64,000 nucleotides of DNA from Calditrichia bacterium (GTDB lineage Bacteria > Calditrichota > Calditrichia > RBG-13-44-9 > J075): NCBI GenBank assembly GCA_050633245.1, contig JBOEGD010000026.1:34358-98357 (forward strand), read 5' to 3'. The notes beneath the pieces were generated by a model, which worked only from the letters and a program-made list of their open reading frames with translations, searched no databases and had not been told where the DNA came from. How positions within the stretch are numbered: the first letter of the stretch is position 1; every line of letters starts with the position of its first letter. Positions 38,058 through 47,238 of this stretch are shown piece after piece. The position numbers and the translations under genes were made by a program.

Positions 38058-40016
38058 ATGTTACAAATACAGAATCTGAACTATTCCATCGGCGATCGAG
38101 AATTGCTGAAGAATGTTGAATGGACAATTCGTCCGGGAAAAAAAGCCGCGTTAATCGGTCGCAACGGAGTTGGTAAAACCACACTGCTGCGCATTCTGGC
38201 CGGTGAACTGGAGTATGATAGCGGCAAGATGTTGCATGCCAAGGATTATCGCATAGGCTATTTGCCTCAGGAAGAGAAGTCGGAAGAGGTCGGCCCAATT
38301 CTTTCCGTTGTGCAGCGTGGTAATCAAGAATTGCAGCAGCTGGAAAAAGATATTCAGGTGATTCATAAGCGTCTGGAAGATGGCGAAGAAGCAAACGATG
38401 CTTTGCTCAATCGCTTGGGCAATCTTGAAGAGCAGTTTACCGCGCGCGGTGGTTACCAGATGGAAAGCAGCGCGAAGGCTATTCTTACCGGTCTGGGATT
38501 TAATCCGGCAGAGCTGGAAAATCCGATGTCCACTTTTAGCGGTGGCTGGCGGATGAGGGTACATCTGGCGCGTCTGCTATTACAGCAGCCCGATCTGCTT
38601 TTACTGGATGAGCCGACAAACCACCTGGACCTGGAATCTATGCTGTGGCTGGAACAATATTTAAAAACGTTCGAAGGCAGCATGGTATTTATCTCGCACG
38701 ATAGATCGTTTATTGATCGCCTTGCTGAGGAAATCTATGAGTTAGATCGCGGGCGTTTTACCTTTTATGCCGGGAATTACAGCTTTTACGAGAAGAAGAA
38801 GGCTGAGGACGAAGAGCTTCTCTTAAAACGCATTGAAGAACAGCGTATTGAACGCGAGCGGATTCAACGCTTTATCGATCGCTTTCGCTATAAGGCCAGT
38901 AAAGCAGCACAAGTGCAAAGCCGTGTAAAGCAGCTTGAAAAAATGGAAATGCTGGAAATTCCGCCGCCGGTAGCTAATATCAGCTTTAATATTCAGGTAG
39001 AAACCCAAAGCTATAAACACGTGCTTTCGGTAAAAGACCTGTCGTTTCGCTATGATGAACCGTGGATTCTGCAGGATGTACATATCGATCTGTTTCGTGG
39101 TGAAAAAGTGGCCTTAGTTGGTATAAACGGTGCTGGAAAGACGACACTTACTCGTTTGATAAGCGGTGAACTTCAGCCTCAAAAAGGGGATGTAAATATT
39201 GGTGAACGCGTGGCGTTAGGTTACTATGCGCAGCACCAAATAGACTCACTGAGGCTGGATGCTACAATCTTTGAAGAGGTTGAAGAAACAGCGGCAGATG
39301 CACATCGCCCAAGACTGCGGGATATCCTGGGCGTGTTTCAACTTAGCGGTGATGATGTCAAGAAGCCAATCAGCGTGCTGTCTGGTGGGGAAAAGGCTCG
39401 TGTCTCGCTGGCAAAGATTTTACTTTCGCCGGTAAATTTTTTGATTATGGATGAGCCGACAAATCACCTCGATATGCAGTCGCAGGATGCGCTGGAAACA
39501 GCGTTAAATGCTTATGATGGAACTTTACTGCTTATTTCGCACGACCGCTACTTTCTGGATAAGCTGGTAACGCGGGTTATCGAAATTCGCGACGGTGGTG
39601 TTTCAATTTTTGAAGGTAACTATTCGGATTATTACGAACGCCGTTTAAAGGTCGATGCGCAAGCTGCCCCTGCTGAAACCGCCGCTGTAAAAACAGAAAA
39701 GTCGGATTCCGCAGCGGTTCAGAAAAAGAGCAAGGAGCAGAAGCGACTTGAAGCAGAGGCGCGGCAGGCGGTAAGCAAAAAACGCAGTGCGTTGAAAAAG
39801 GAAGTGGAGACCTGTGAAACCGGCATTATTCATCTTGAAGATGAGAAGGCCGATCTTGAAAAGCAGATGGCCGATCCGGAGACTTATCAGGATGCGGAAA
39901 AAGCGAAAACACTTCAGAAGCGACACGGTCAGGTTCAAAAGGAGCTTCAGGAAACAATGGTGCGTTGGGAAGAAGCTCAATTGAAGTTAGAAGAGTTGCT
40001 GACAGAGCTGGATTAG
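38058..40016 (+). CDS. ABC-F family ATPase (Uup/YheS-like)
   Basis: Two ABC cassettes (GRNGVGKT, FSGGW, LLDEPTNHLD; GINGAGKT, LSGGEK), C-terminal coiled coil, no TM. Confidence 0.95.
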   Translation: MLQIQNLNYSIGDRELLKNVEWTIRPGKKAALIGRNGVGKTTLLRILAGELEYDSGKMLHAKDYRIGYLPQEEKSEEVGPILSVVQRGNQELQQLEKDIQVIHKRLEDGEEANDALLNRLGNLEEQFTARGGYQMESSAKAILTGLGFNPAELENPMSTFSGGWRMRVHLARLLLQQPDLLLLDEPTNHLDLESMLWLEQYLKTFEGSMVFISHDRSFIDRLAEEIYELDRGRFTFYAGNYSFYEKKKAEDEELLLKRIEEQRIERERIQRFIDRFRYKASKAAQVQSRVKQLEKMEMLEIPPPVANISFNIQVETQSYKHVLSVKDLSFRYDEPWILQDVHIDLFRGEKVALVGINGAGKTTLTRLISGELQPQKGDVNIGERVALGYYAQHQIDSLRLDATIFEEVEETAADAHRPRLRDILGVFQLSGDDVKKPISVLSGGEKARVSLAKILLSPVNFLIMDEPTNHLDMQSQDALETALNAYDGTLLLISHDRYFLDKLVTRVIEIRDGGVSIFEGNYSDYYERRLKVDAQAAPAETAAVKTEKSDSAAVQKKSKEQKRLEAEARQAVSKKRSALKKEVETCETGIIHLEDEKADLEKQMADPETYQDAEKAKTLQKRHGQVQKELQETMVRWEEAQLKLEELLTELD

Positions 40017-40033
40017 TTCTTTGGGGGAAGACA

Positions 40034-40885
40034 ATGGTGGTTGAGGAAATACCGGAAGACAAAAGTGAATTAAATCGACAGGATTCGTTCTCAGCAAATG
40101 ATGATCAATCGAATGAATTGACTGATGAACCTGTTTTTGAAAACGATGACGGTGCTGCAAAGAAACTAACTTTTAAGCGCAGTGCCACGATCATTGCCGT
40201 GATGGTTATAGGCTATCAATTTACAGCACTCTTTCTTGCTCTGGCTTACGGCGTTAGTCTATTTGTCGCTTCAGAGAATGAACCCTCTTACAGCTTTTAC
40301 ATAATAAATGATCTGCTGGGGATTGTTTGGTTTTTCTTATTTTTGGGAGTTGTGCTGAACGATATCTACCGACATAATATTGCTCCCTCGTCGCTTTTTA
40401 ATTGGGACTTTCGTATTCTGAGTCAGCAGATTCCGCGTGTCCTCCTCTATTTTATTCCATGCGCATTATTTGTAGGACTTACCTCTGCTCTTTCTACCGA
40501 AACGGAACTCGAGTTTGCTGACGGTGATCCGCTCGTGGTTTCTTTGGCATTCCTAAGTGCGGTTATACTCGCACCGATAATAGAGGAGTTGATTTTTCGA
40601 GGGTATTTACAGACGTCTATGCTGGATGAGTTTAAGCGACCACGTGAGCGCATTGTGGTAAACGGGATGCTCTTTGCGGCGGCACATATGTTTATTCTCG
40701 CGGCGATGTTCTCAACGTTTCCCTATTACATCTTCTTATTGGGGTTTCTCTTTGCGAAGCTATATGAAGAAACCCGGTCTGTTCTGCCGGGAATCCTGCT
40801 ACATGGTTTAAACAACCTGCTGGTTTTCGGTATTGATGTATACAAGTTTCTCTACCTACAGGATTCCGCGTCAGACATTCTGTAA
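40034..40885 (+). CDS. CPBP (CAAX/Abi) intramembrane metalloprotease
   Basis: APIIEELIFRG, FAAAH, HGLNN. Confidence 0.9.
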   Translation: MVVEEIPEDKSELNRQDSFSANDDQSNELTDEPVFENDDGAAKKLTFKRSATIIAVMVIGYQFTALFLALAYGVSLFVASENEPSYSFYIINDLLGIVWFFLFLGVVLNDIYRHNIAPSSLFNWDFRILSQQIPRVLLYFIPCALFVGLTSALSTETELEFADGDPLVVSLAFLSAVILAPIIEELIFRGYLQTSMLDEFKRPRERIVVNGMLFAAAHMFILAAMFSTFPYYIFLLGFLFAKLYEETRSVLPGILLHGLNNLLVFGIDVYKFLYLQDSASDIL

Positions 40886-40893
40886 ACTACTGA

Positions 40894-41373
40894 TCAGGAA
40901 AAATTATCTTCCACATAATACACATAACAACTCGCCATCTTGTCGTGCCACATTTGCTTATCTTTATCCCAAAAAGCGTTTAGGTAACCGATATAGCAAA
41001 CCAGTCCGGAAATAAAGCGCCCAATAATTTCGCGAAAAAAGGCGCTGCCAACACCGATTGGCTCACCCCTGTCATTTAGAACTGCAATATTCAGGAATTT
41101 TCTTCCCAGAGATTGCCCGGTATTACCCATTCTGATAATAGTGTTCCAAATAGCGAAAGCGAATATCCCAATGATTGTTGCGAGCATGACTATAAGAACG
41201 AATCCCGGCATTGTATCATTCTCTTCAAGGTTCTCTCCAAAAATGGCAAAGATTATAAACATTGGAATATAAAAGGGAAGCATAATAAGCCCATCAATAA
41301 TAATAGCACCGAATCGTGTTAATACGCTAGCGTACTCACGTTGTGGGGATGAAGAATGTTCTCGGTCTAGCAT
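40894..41373 (-). CDS. RDD-family membrane protein
   Basis: RFGAIIID, GQSLGRK, QMWHDKMA. Confidence 0.9.
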   Translation of the reverse strand: MLDREHSSSPQREYASVLTRFGAIIIDGLIMLPFYIPMFIIFAIFGENLEENDTMPGFVLIVMLATIIGIFAFAIWNTIIRMGNTGQSLGRKFLNIAVLNDRGEPIGVGSAFFREIIGRFISGLVCYIGYLNAFWDKDKQMWHDKMASCYVYYVEDNFS

Positions 41374-41428
41374 AGTAGTTTCTCCAATCAGTCGTGTTAA
41401 ACAATCTTGAATTAGTGATAGAAAAGTC

Positions 41429-41833
41429 CTAGATGAAAAGCAGACGCCGATAATAGTATAGTCGAATCAGCCACACAATGATAAAAGCGATCGCCAAGGC
41501 TTTAAAGGAAAACCAGTGCCGTAAGGACGGGCTGATTTTCTCAATAACAGTATGACCGGAACGAACATTGTTAGTTAACAGAGTTAATACGATCCAACTT
41601 AATGTTAACCACCCCAGCGGATGATATACCAGGCTTTTAGCCATATCCATGTGCAGTATCGCGTTCATGCTTCGGGTCAGGCCACATGCCGGACAAGATA
41701 TTTGTAAAAGCCAGTTACTCGGACAGCTTGAGTACCCGGTTCCACCATAGGGTAGAAGCGCGATTACAATTAGTGCAATAAGCGCCGGAACGCGAAATTG
41801 TAAGGATCTATTTTGCTGGGTTGTTGGTATCAT
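41429..41833 (-). CDS. DUF2752 membrane protein
   Basis: CP...CPACGLTRS...YHPLG. Confidence 0.85.
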   Translation of the reverse strand: MIPTTQQNRSLQFRVPALIALIVIALLPYGGTGYSSCPSNWLLQISCPACGLTRSMNAILHMDMAKSLVYHPLGWLTLSWIVLTLLTNNVRSGHTVIEKISPSLRHWFSFKALAIAFIIVWLIRLYYYRRLLFI

Positions 41834-41906
41834 GATAAGATTCAACTCCGAACCTTAGACAAGATTAATACTATTCGATTAGATTTGAAAGAGGAGATTG
41901 TGAAAA

Positions 41907-42002
41907 ATGCGAAAGTATCCAATTGTAGTTGTGATGGTCATTGCATTGATCGTGGCATCTTTTTTTGCACAGATTATACAAGGACAATGTCCGGTACCTT
42001 AA
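41907..42002 (+). CDS. 31-aa single-TM peptide MRKYPIVVVMVIALIVASFFAQIIQGQCPVP (below ORF-track cutoff)
   Basis: SD GAGGAG 41891-96, basic N-terminus, TM helix, stop directly before a hairpin. Confidence 0.65.
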   Translation: MRKYPIVVVMVIALIVASFFAQIIQGQCPVP

Positions 42003-42039
42003 AAAAAGTCCTCTCACCGAATACCCGATGAGAGGACTT
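42001..42039 (-). terminator. Intrinsic terminator of the M16 operon (may also serve the small peptide gene)
   Basis: AAGTCCTCTCA / TGAGAGGACTT stem, A7 run on + strand = U-tract on - strand. Confidence 0.8.
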
Positions 42040-42071
42040 AAGATTAACACGCTGCCGTTTAGCCGCGTCAT

Positions 42072-43631
42072 TTATCCTTCAAATATTGCTTCAACCGGTT
42101 GAATTACCACATTGTCCGGTTTAACCATCAGCGGATAGTTGATGATCTCTTTGTCTTCTTCCAAAACCTCTGCCGGCTTATCCGATGAGTATTCAATCGG
42201 ACTTGGCAGATTCTCCGTCAGAGTCTTTTTAAGATCTTCCGCGTCGCGAGTAATAAAGACGGCCTTCAGATTTTTATAGTTCAGATGCTTTTTCAGTGCG
42301 GCGTTTACTTCTGCGCGCGTAATCGTATCGAGAGACTTGGAATAACGCTTCCAGTGCCCCTCTTTGATGCCGTAAAAGCGGTCGTCTATTTTGTCTGCAA
42401 GGCGCTTCATATTCGTTGTCGCATAGTGCAGGTTATAGCTCTTTAGGAACTTCTTGGTCAGCGTAAAGTCTTCTTCACTCATACCGTTGTCAACAAGCAT
42501 CTGTAGTTCACGAAGTGCGGCGCGAAAAGCAAATACGCGTGCCTCATTGGGAACCGGGCGAATCCAGATTTGAAAGACCTGCTGGCTACGTGCCACGTTT
42601 GCCTGTGGAAAGGAGCGTCTGCCGCCATTCGGAAAATGCTCGATATAAGCATAGTCACCATAGTTTAGCCCACGTATCTCACGAATAACTTCGTAGAGGT
42701 GTGAGAACGAATTGCGGTGCTCACCCAGCCAGGAGCGAGCAATATCCAGAGCGTAAAACTCACGACTTCCGCGCTGTACGTCGATTGGAAATCCGAAGCT
42801 AATAGCGGTGGAATTGGCGTTCTTCTCTACAATCTTTACATGCATGCCGTCTATCGCAGTAACCTGCGGTTTGGCTTTCATTGCTTTGCTGCCCTCTGGC
42901 AGAGCCTTGAAATCTGCTTCTACCTTCTTAAGAAAAGAGGCCGAATATCCGCCGCCTAATCCCAGCAGCATATTACTCTGGGTATAGTTTGCTGCATAGA
43001 AATCCTTCACGTCCTGAAGCGTCAATGCCTGCAGGCTTTTTACATAGCCTTCTTCATTATGCTCATAGGGCGTGCCTTTGAAGATGAACTCATATAGTAC
43101 TTCTTTTCCGAGTTCCTCATCCTGAGAATAGCGTAGCGCCTTTTGCACATAATTCAGATAATCGCTTTTTACGCGATCAAAGTCTTCCTGAGCAAATGCC
43201 GGCTGTAGTAGAACCTCTTTAAATAAGGCGTAATACTCATCAAGGTTATCTTTATGCGTACGACCGGAAAAAACAGTCATTTCTTTATCTACGGATTCGC
43301 TGATTCCAGCAGCCATTGGATATAGCTTGGCCAGAATCTCTTCATAGGTATGATTTTGCGTAGCGCCTTCCGTCAGCATAGTAGCAGTAATTGCTGCAAT
43401 GCCTTCTTTACCAGCCGGGTCATTCTGTGAACCGACGAGGAATGCAATGCGAAATGCAATAGTCGGGTCGGTTGCATCTTTTAACTGCACGACGTTCCTG
43501 GACATCGGCATCATGGTTTTTTTGGTGTTTTCAACCATTGTCGTTGTTTTCACCATTGTGTCTTTTGATGAGCAGCCGGAGAGCAGCAGTGCCGCTGTCG
43601 CCAGCATAATAAGTGGCTTAAAGCGATTCAT
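42072..43631 (-). CDS. M16 peptidase, non-catalytic subunit, lipoprotein
   Basis: Lipobox LSGC; GSQNDPAGKEGIA without HxxEH; IREIRGLNYG. Confidence 0.88.
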   Translation of the reverse strand: MNRFKPLIMLATAALLLSGCSSKDTMVKTTTMVENTKKTMMPMSRNVVQLKDATDPTIAFRIAFLVGSQNDPAGKEGIAAITATMLTEGATQNHTYEEILAKLYPMAAGISESVDKEMTVFSGRTHKDNLDEYYALFKEVLLQPAFAQEDFDRVKSDYLNYVQKALRYSQDEELGKEVLYEFIFKGTPYEHNEEGYVKSLQALTLQDVKDFYAANYTQSNMLLGLGGGYSASFLKKVEADFKALPEGSKAMKAKPQVTAIDGMHVKIVEKNANSTAISFGFPIDVQRGSREFYALDIARSWLGEHRNSFSHLYEVIREIRGLNYGDYAYIEHFPNGGRRSFPQANVARSQQVFQIWIRPVPNEARVFAFRAALRELQMLVDNGMSEEDFTLTKKFLKSYNLHYATTNMKRLADKIDDRFYGIKEGHWKRYSKSLDTITRAEVNAALKKHLNYKNLKAVFITRDAEDLKKTLTENLPSPIEYSSDKPAEVLEEDKEIINYPLMVKPDNVVIQPVEAIFEG

Positions 43632-44965
43632 TAGCTTTCCCCTTTCAATGTGATTATGGTACGCTGCTCTTTATTCAAGAACTTGTTTGCAGCATCGCGA
43701 ATATCTTCCGGTGTGAGCGTCGCGATAGTTGCGTAAAGTTTATTAATTACTTCAATATCCTGACCAAGCGCGATAAAGCGGGCCAGATTGCTGGCAACGC
43801 GGCTTGGGGTATCCAGTGCCATCAGATAGCCGTAGCGATTACGCTTTTTTAGATTCTCTAATTGGTCTGTCGAAACCAGATCGGTCTTAAACTTGGCGAT
43901 GGTCTTGTCTATTTCGCCTTTTACATAATCGAGGTCGTCTTCACTCTTAACCATCGTATAGATGTCGTAGAGTTTAGGATCGCGGTTAAACCCGAAGTCT
44001 GCAGAAACAAATTGAACTTTGGATTCACGAATAACCAACTGCTTATAAATGTCGCTGTTTTCACCAAAGGCAAGATCACCCAGAAGATATGCGGAAGCTA
44101 CTGCTTTGCTTGCGGGATCAAACTTTGCGCCCTTATAGCCCATCCAAACGAGGGGAAGAGTTTGGCCGTCGTACTTTACCTGCTTTGTGCGTTCGGCTGT
44201 TTGACTCGGCTCCTGCTTGATTTCCGGTTCTACGTAACCAGGTTTCCAGTCGCCGTAGTATTTTTCAAGCATCGGCTTAACGGCGGCTGCATCAAAATCA
44301 CCCACAATCATCACGATACAGTTTTCCGGGCGATAATAGCGCTCGAAGAAAGAACGACTGTAATCGAACATATTTGGCATCTCTTTAATGTCGCGTTCGA
44401 AGCCCATTGTCGTATGTTTATAGGTGTGGTTATCAAACGCCACATTGGAGATTTCTTCGTAGGCAACCGACCATGGATTGGTGCGATTTTTACGATATTC
44501 CCCATAAACAGCTCCGGCTTCGGTGCGAAATGCTTCTTCCGCATACTGTAGATTTTGAAAGCGATCGCTTTCCAGATCCATCATTGTTTCCAGACTACTG
44601 CCTGGAATCACTCCGGTATAGCACGTATAATCATCTGTGGTGTAGGCATTATTGTCTGCGCCCATCTCGCTGATTAAACGTTGGTATTGTGCAGCGGGAT
44701 ACTTCTCGGTACCACGAAACATCATGTGTTCGAAAAAGTGGGCAAAGCCACTGCGACCGGGCTCCCATTCGTCACGGCTTCCGGTGCGAACGATGGTGTA
44801 ATACGCCACCAGGCCGCTACCTTTCATGGGAATTAAGATGCTGCTTAGTTTATTGGGCAGCGTGTGCGTCTCATACGCGTAGGGAAAGAATCCCTTTTTG
44901 TCTTGCCCGCTTACCAGCATGGAAGCCGCCAGTAAAAAGACAAGGCTGAGGGTTAGCTTGCGCAT
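43631..44965 (-). CDS. M16 peptidase, catalytic subunit
   Basis: GFAHFFEHMMFRGT, NAYT, YYRPEN; start MRKLTLS. Confidence 0.92.
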   Translation of the reverse strand: MRKLTLSLVFLLAASMLVSGQDKKGFFPYAYETHTLPNKLSSILIPMKGSGLVAYYTIVRTGSRDEWEPGRSGFAHFFEHMMFRGTEKYPAAQYQRLISEMGADNNAYTTDDYTCYTGVIPGSSLETMMDLESDRFQNLQYAEEAFRTEAGAVYGEYRKNRTNPWSVAYEEISNVAFDNHTYKHTTMGFERDIKEMPNMFDYSRSFFERYYRPENCIVMIVGDFDAAAVKPMLEKYYGDWKPGYVEPEIKQEPSQTAERTKQVKYDGQTLPLVWMGYKGAKFDPASKAVASAYLLGDLAFGENSDIYKQLVIRESKVQFVSADFGFNRDPKLYDIYTMVKSEDDLDYVKGEIDKTIAKFKTDLVSTDQLENLKKRNRYGYLMALDTPSRVASNLARFIALGQDIEVINKLYATIATLTPEDIRDAANKFLNKEQRTIITLKGES

Positions 44966-45184
44966 AAATAGTTTCTCCTGAATCGATTGATTATAAAAAT
45001 GGTCGATATATTTACGAAGCATTATTGAGATTGTTTTCACAATAAATAGAAATTAAGATACAATCTCAAAAAGCTGTATTACAATAGTTTCCTTTTTCCA
45101 TGTCTATTTATCGGAATAGCCTGTGTTATTTGTCATTCGCTATTTAGTAGAACTGCTTATTTTTCTTTGATAATATGCTTACAT

Positions 45185-45296
45185 TCAGAACTCAGAACTC
45201 AGAACTCAGAACTCAGAACTCAGAACTCAGAACTCAGAACTCAGAACTCAGAACTCAGAACTCAGAACTCAGAACTCAGAACTCGGAACTCGGAAC
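45185..45296 (+). repeat. Heptamer tandem array (TCAGAAC)14(TCGGAAC)2
   Basis: Counted directly. Confidence 0.97.
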
Positions 45297-45323
45297 GGTG
45301 GGAGCCATCGAAAATTGCCAATT

Positions 45324-45384
45324 CACTTTCCACTTTCCACTTTTCACTTTTCACTTTTAGAACTTAGAACTTAGACCTTAGAAC
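45324..45384 (+). repeat. Heptamer arrays (CACTTTY)5 and (TTAGAAC)4
   Basis: 45324-45358 and 45357-45384. Confidence 0.85.
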
Positions 45385-45409
45385 AAGAATAAGATAGTAG
45401 GAGAATTAC

Positions 45410-45808
45410 ATGTCATTTCAAGGTGCAGGTGGTACGGCAGGTGGTACTGGTCGTTTTTTTCTGGGATTCGTAATGCTGGTAGCAGGAGGCTACATGTTCT
45501 TCGACGCTGTTCAAGTGCATCATGGATTTGGTATGGGCAGCCGCATCGGTGGCTTCGGCGGATTTGGACTAACTACGGGGATGGTCTTGGTACCATTTAT
45601 CTTTGGTATTGGTATGGTCTTTTACAATTCTGAAAATCCCATTGGATGGATTCTTGCCGGTGCCAGTCTTGCGATGTTGCTCTTTGGGGTAATTTCGTCG
45701 ATTGACTTTCACCTTCGCCGAATGTCTGCATTTGAACTGATTACAATACTAACGTTGTTTATTGGCGGTCTGGGCATAATGGTCAGCGGATTGCGCGAAA
45801 CAAGCTAA
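45410..45808 (+). CDS. Gly-rich four-TM hypothetical protein
   Basis: SD AGGAG; GAGGTAGG N-terminus, four hydrophobic helices. Confidence 0.75.
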   Translation: MSFQGAGGTAGGTGRFFLGFVMLVAGGYMFFDAVQVHHGFGMGSRIGGFGGFGLTTGMVLVPFIFGIGMVFYNSENPIGWILAGASLAMLLFGVISSIDFHLRRMSAFELITILTLFIGGLGIMVSGLRETS

Positions 45809-45825
45809 ACGGAACTACTATAAGT

Positions 45826-46377
45826 ATGCAATACAATGCCCCCTTTGCTTTAACCTTTACTTTCTTGTGCGTTTTGGTGATGGTTTTTAGCGACCTTACT
45901 GGTGGAATGTCTACCAAGCTGTATTTTACGGTTTATCCAATAGAATCGTATACCAATCCACTGAGTTATCTGAGAATGGTCACTCATGCACTTGGGCACG
46001 GTAACTGGGAACATCTGGCATCGAATCTGACTTTTATCCTTTTGCTTGGGCCTATACTTGAAGAAAAGTATGGAACCGGTAAGATGGTTGTAATGGCGTT
46101 TCTGACAGCATTGATTACAGGTGTTGCCAATGCCTTTTTCTTTCAGACCGGCCTATTGGGAGCAAGCGGTGTCGTTTTTATGTTGATTCTACTCAGTTCG
46201 TTTGCAAACTTCCGGGCCGGAACAATTCCGCTGACGTTTCTATTAGTGCTCATTCTTTTTCTTGGAAAAGAAATTGTGAATGCCTGGCAGAGCAATCAGA
46301 TTTCTGAGTTTGCACATATTGTCGGTGGGATTTGTGGAAGTATCTTCGGGTTTACACGTGATACTGAAGGAGCTTAG
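45826..46377 (+). CDS. Rhomboid-family intramembrane serine protease
   Basis: HxxxEHLASN, GASG, AHIVGG. Confidence 0.88.
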   Translation: MQYNAPFALTFTFLCVLVMVFSDLTGGMSTKLYFTVYPIESYTNPLSYLRMVTHALGHGNWEHLASNLTFILLLGPILEEKYGTGKMVVMAFLTALITGVANAFFFQTGLLGASGVVFMLILLSSFANFRAGTIPLTFLLVLILFLGKEIVNAWQSNQISEFAHIVGGICGSIFGFTRDTEGA

Positions 46378-47084
46378 GGTTTATCCTTTAATGGGTTTAT
46401 ACCATTGGTGGTGCCTTCAACTTCTATTGGAATAAATCGTGCGAACAAATCTTCTGCATACCAATCCTCATCCCGCGTTTTTTTCACTACCTCACGATGC
46501 GTACGCTGCGAATAGGCAAACTCTTTAACACTTTCCAAAGATTCCCATACGCTTATTGTTGCCTGTAAAACAAATGGCGCTTCACCAATGCCAAATGAAC
46601 AAATGAGGCCGGGCGCTTCTTCCAGTGATTTGCTGGCAGCCGGGACGTGTTTCCAGAACTGTCTCAACTTGCTCCAGCGGATCTTTGCTCGGGTTAATAC
46701 AGCTACCGGACCAGCATCCGGCTTGCCGATTGTACCAGAAAAGGGGTTCTCTCCAGACCATTTCCCATGAGATTGAAACGGCACCATCTTTAGCGTAAAT
46801 GATTCCTCGGCATGTTTGCGATAGGTTGCAATAAGAGTAGACTCGGTGTAGAACCTTTCGGCATCTTCTTCAGATTTCCAGACGGCTAAAATTCCGTATC
46901 GAGACCAGTCTGGTATCAGACTAAAACCGATGCCTTTCCCGCTGCCAACCAGCTTACAAAAATCCAGTCCTTGAACATTGCGTAATTTTGGTAGAGCGAG
47001 TCCCATTTGTAGGAAAGCCCAGAGATATTTGGACGGTGGATAGCGAAATATTGTGAAGGTTGTATAAGACGGATTCGGTTTCAT
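46374..47084 (-). CDS. Spheroidene monooxygenase (CrtA)-like dimeric barrel protein
   Basis: KLVGSGKG.GF, SHGKWSG, VAVLTRA, GIGEAP..QATISVW, WYAEDLFARF. Confidence 0.78.
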   Translation of the reverse strand: MKPNPSYTTFTIFRYPPSKYLWAFLQMGLALPKLRNVQGLDFCKLVGSGKGIGFSLIPDWSRYGILAVWKSEEDAERFYTESTLIATYRKHAEESFTLKMVPFQSHGKWSGENPFSGTIGKPDAGPVAVLTRAKIRWSKLRQFWKHVPAASKSLEEAPGLICSFGIGEAPFVLQATISVWESLESVKEFAYSQRTHREVVKKTRDEDWYAEDLFARFIPIEVEGTTNGINPLKDKP

Positions 47085-47096
47085 GCAGGAAGTTAG

Positions 47097-47227
47097 AGAC
47101 GCAAGATGCAAGACGCAAGAGGCATGATGCGAGCCGAAAGCCGGTAGCGCGGGTCATGACCCACATTTTTTATAGCAAAGCCCGCGTTTTTTATAGCAAA
47201 GCCGTCGACCGGCGTGTCGACGGCTAC
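47097..47227. repeat. Mixed repeat region: (AGAyGCA)~5, TTTTTTATAGCAAAGCC x2, hairpin AGCCGTCGAC/GTCGACGGCT
   Basis: 47097-47131; 47166-82 and 47187-203; 47200-47225 (likely terminator of the DUF5916 gene). Confidence 0.7.
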
Positions 47228-47238
47228 ATATCAATTAG

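Noticed and set aside
45167-45367. ORFs (SELRTQN)n in the track
   Set aside because: Translation artefacts of the heptamer array, no SD
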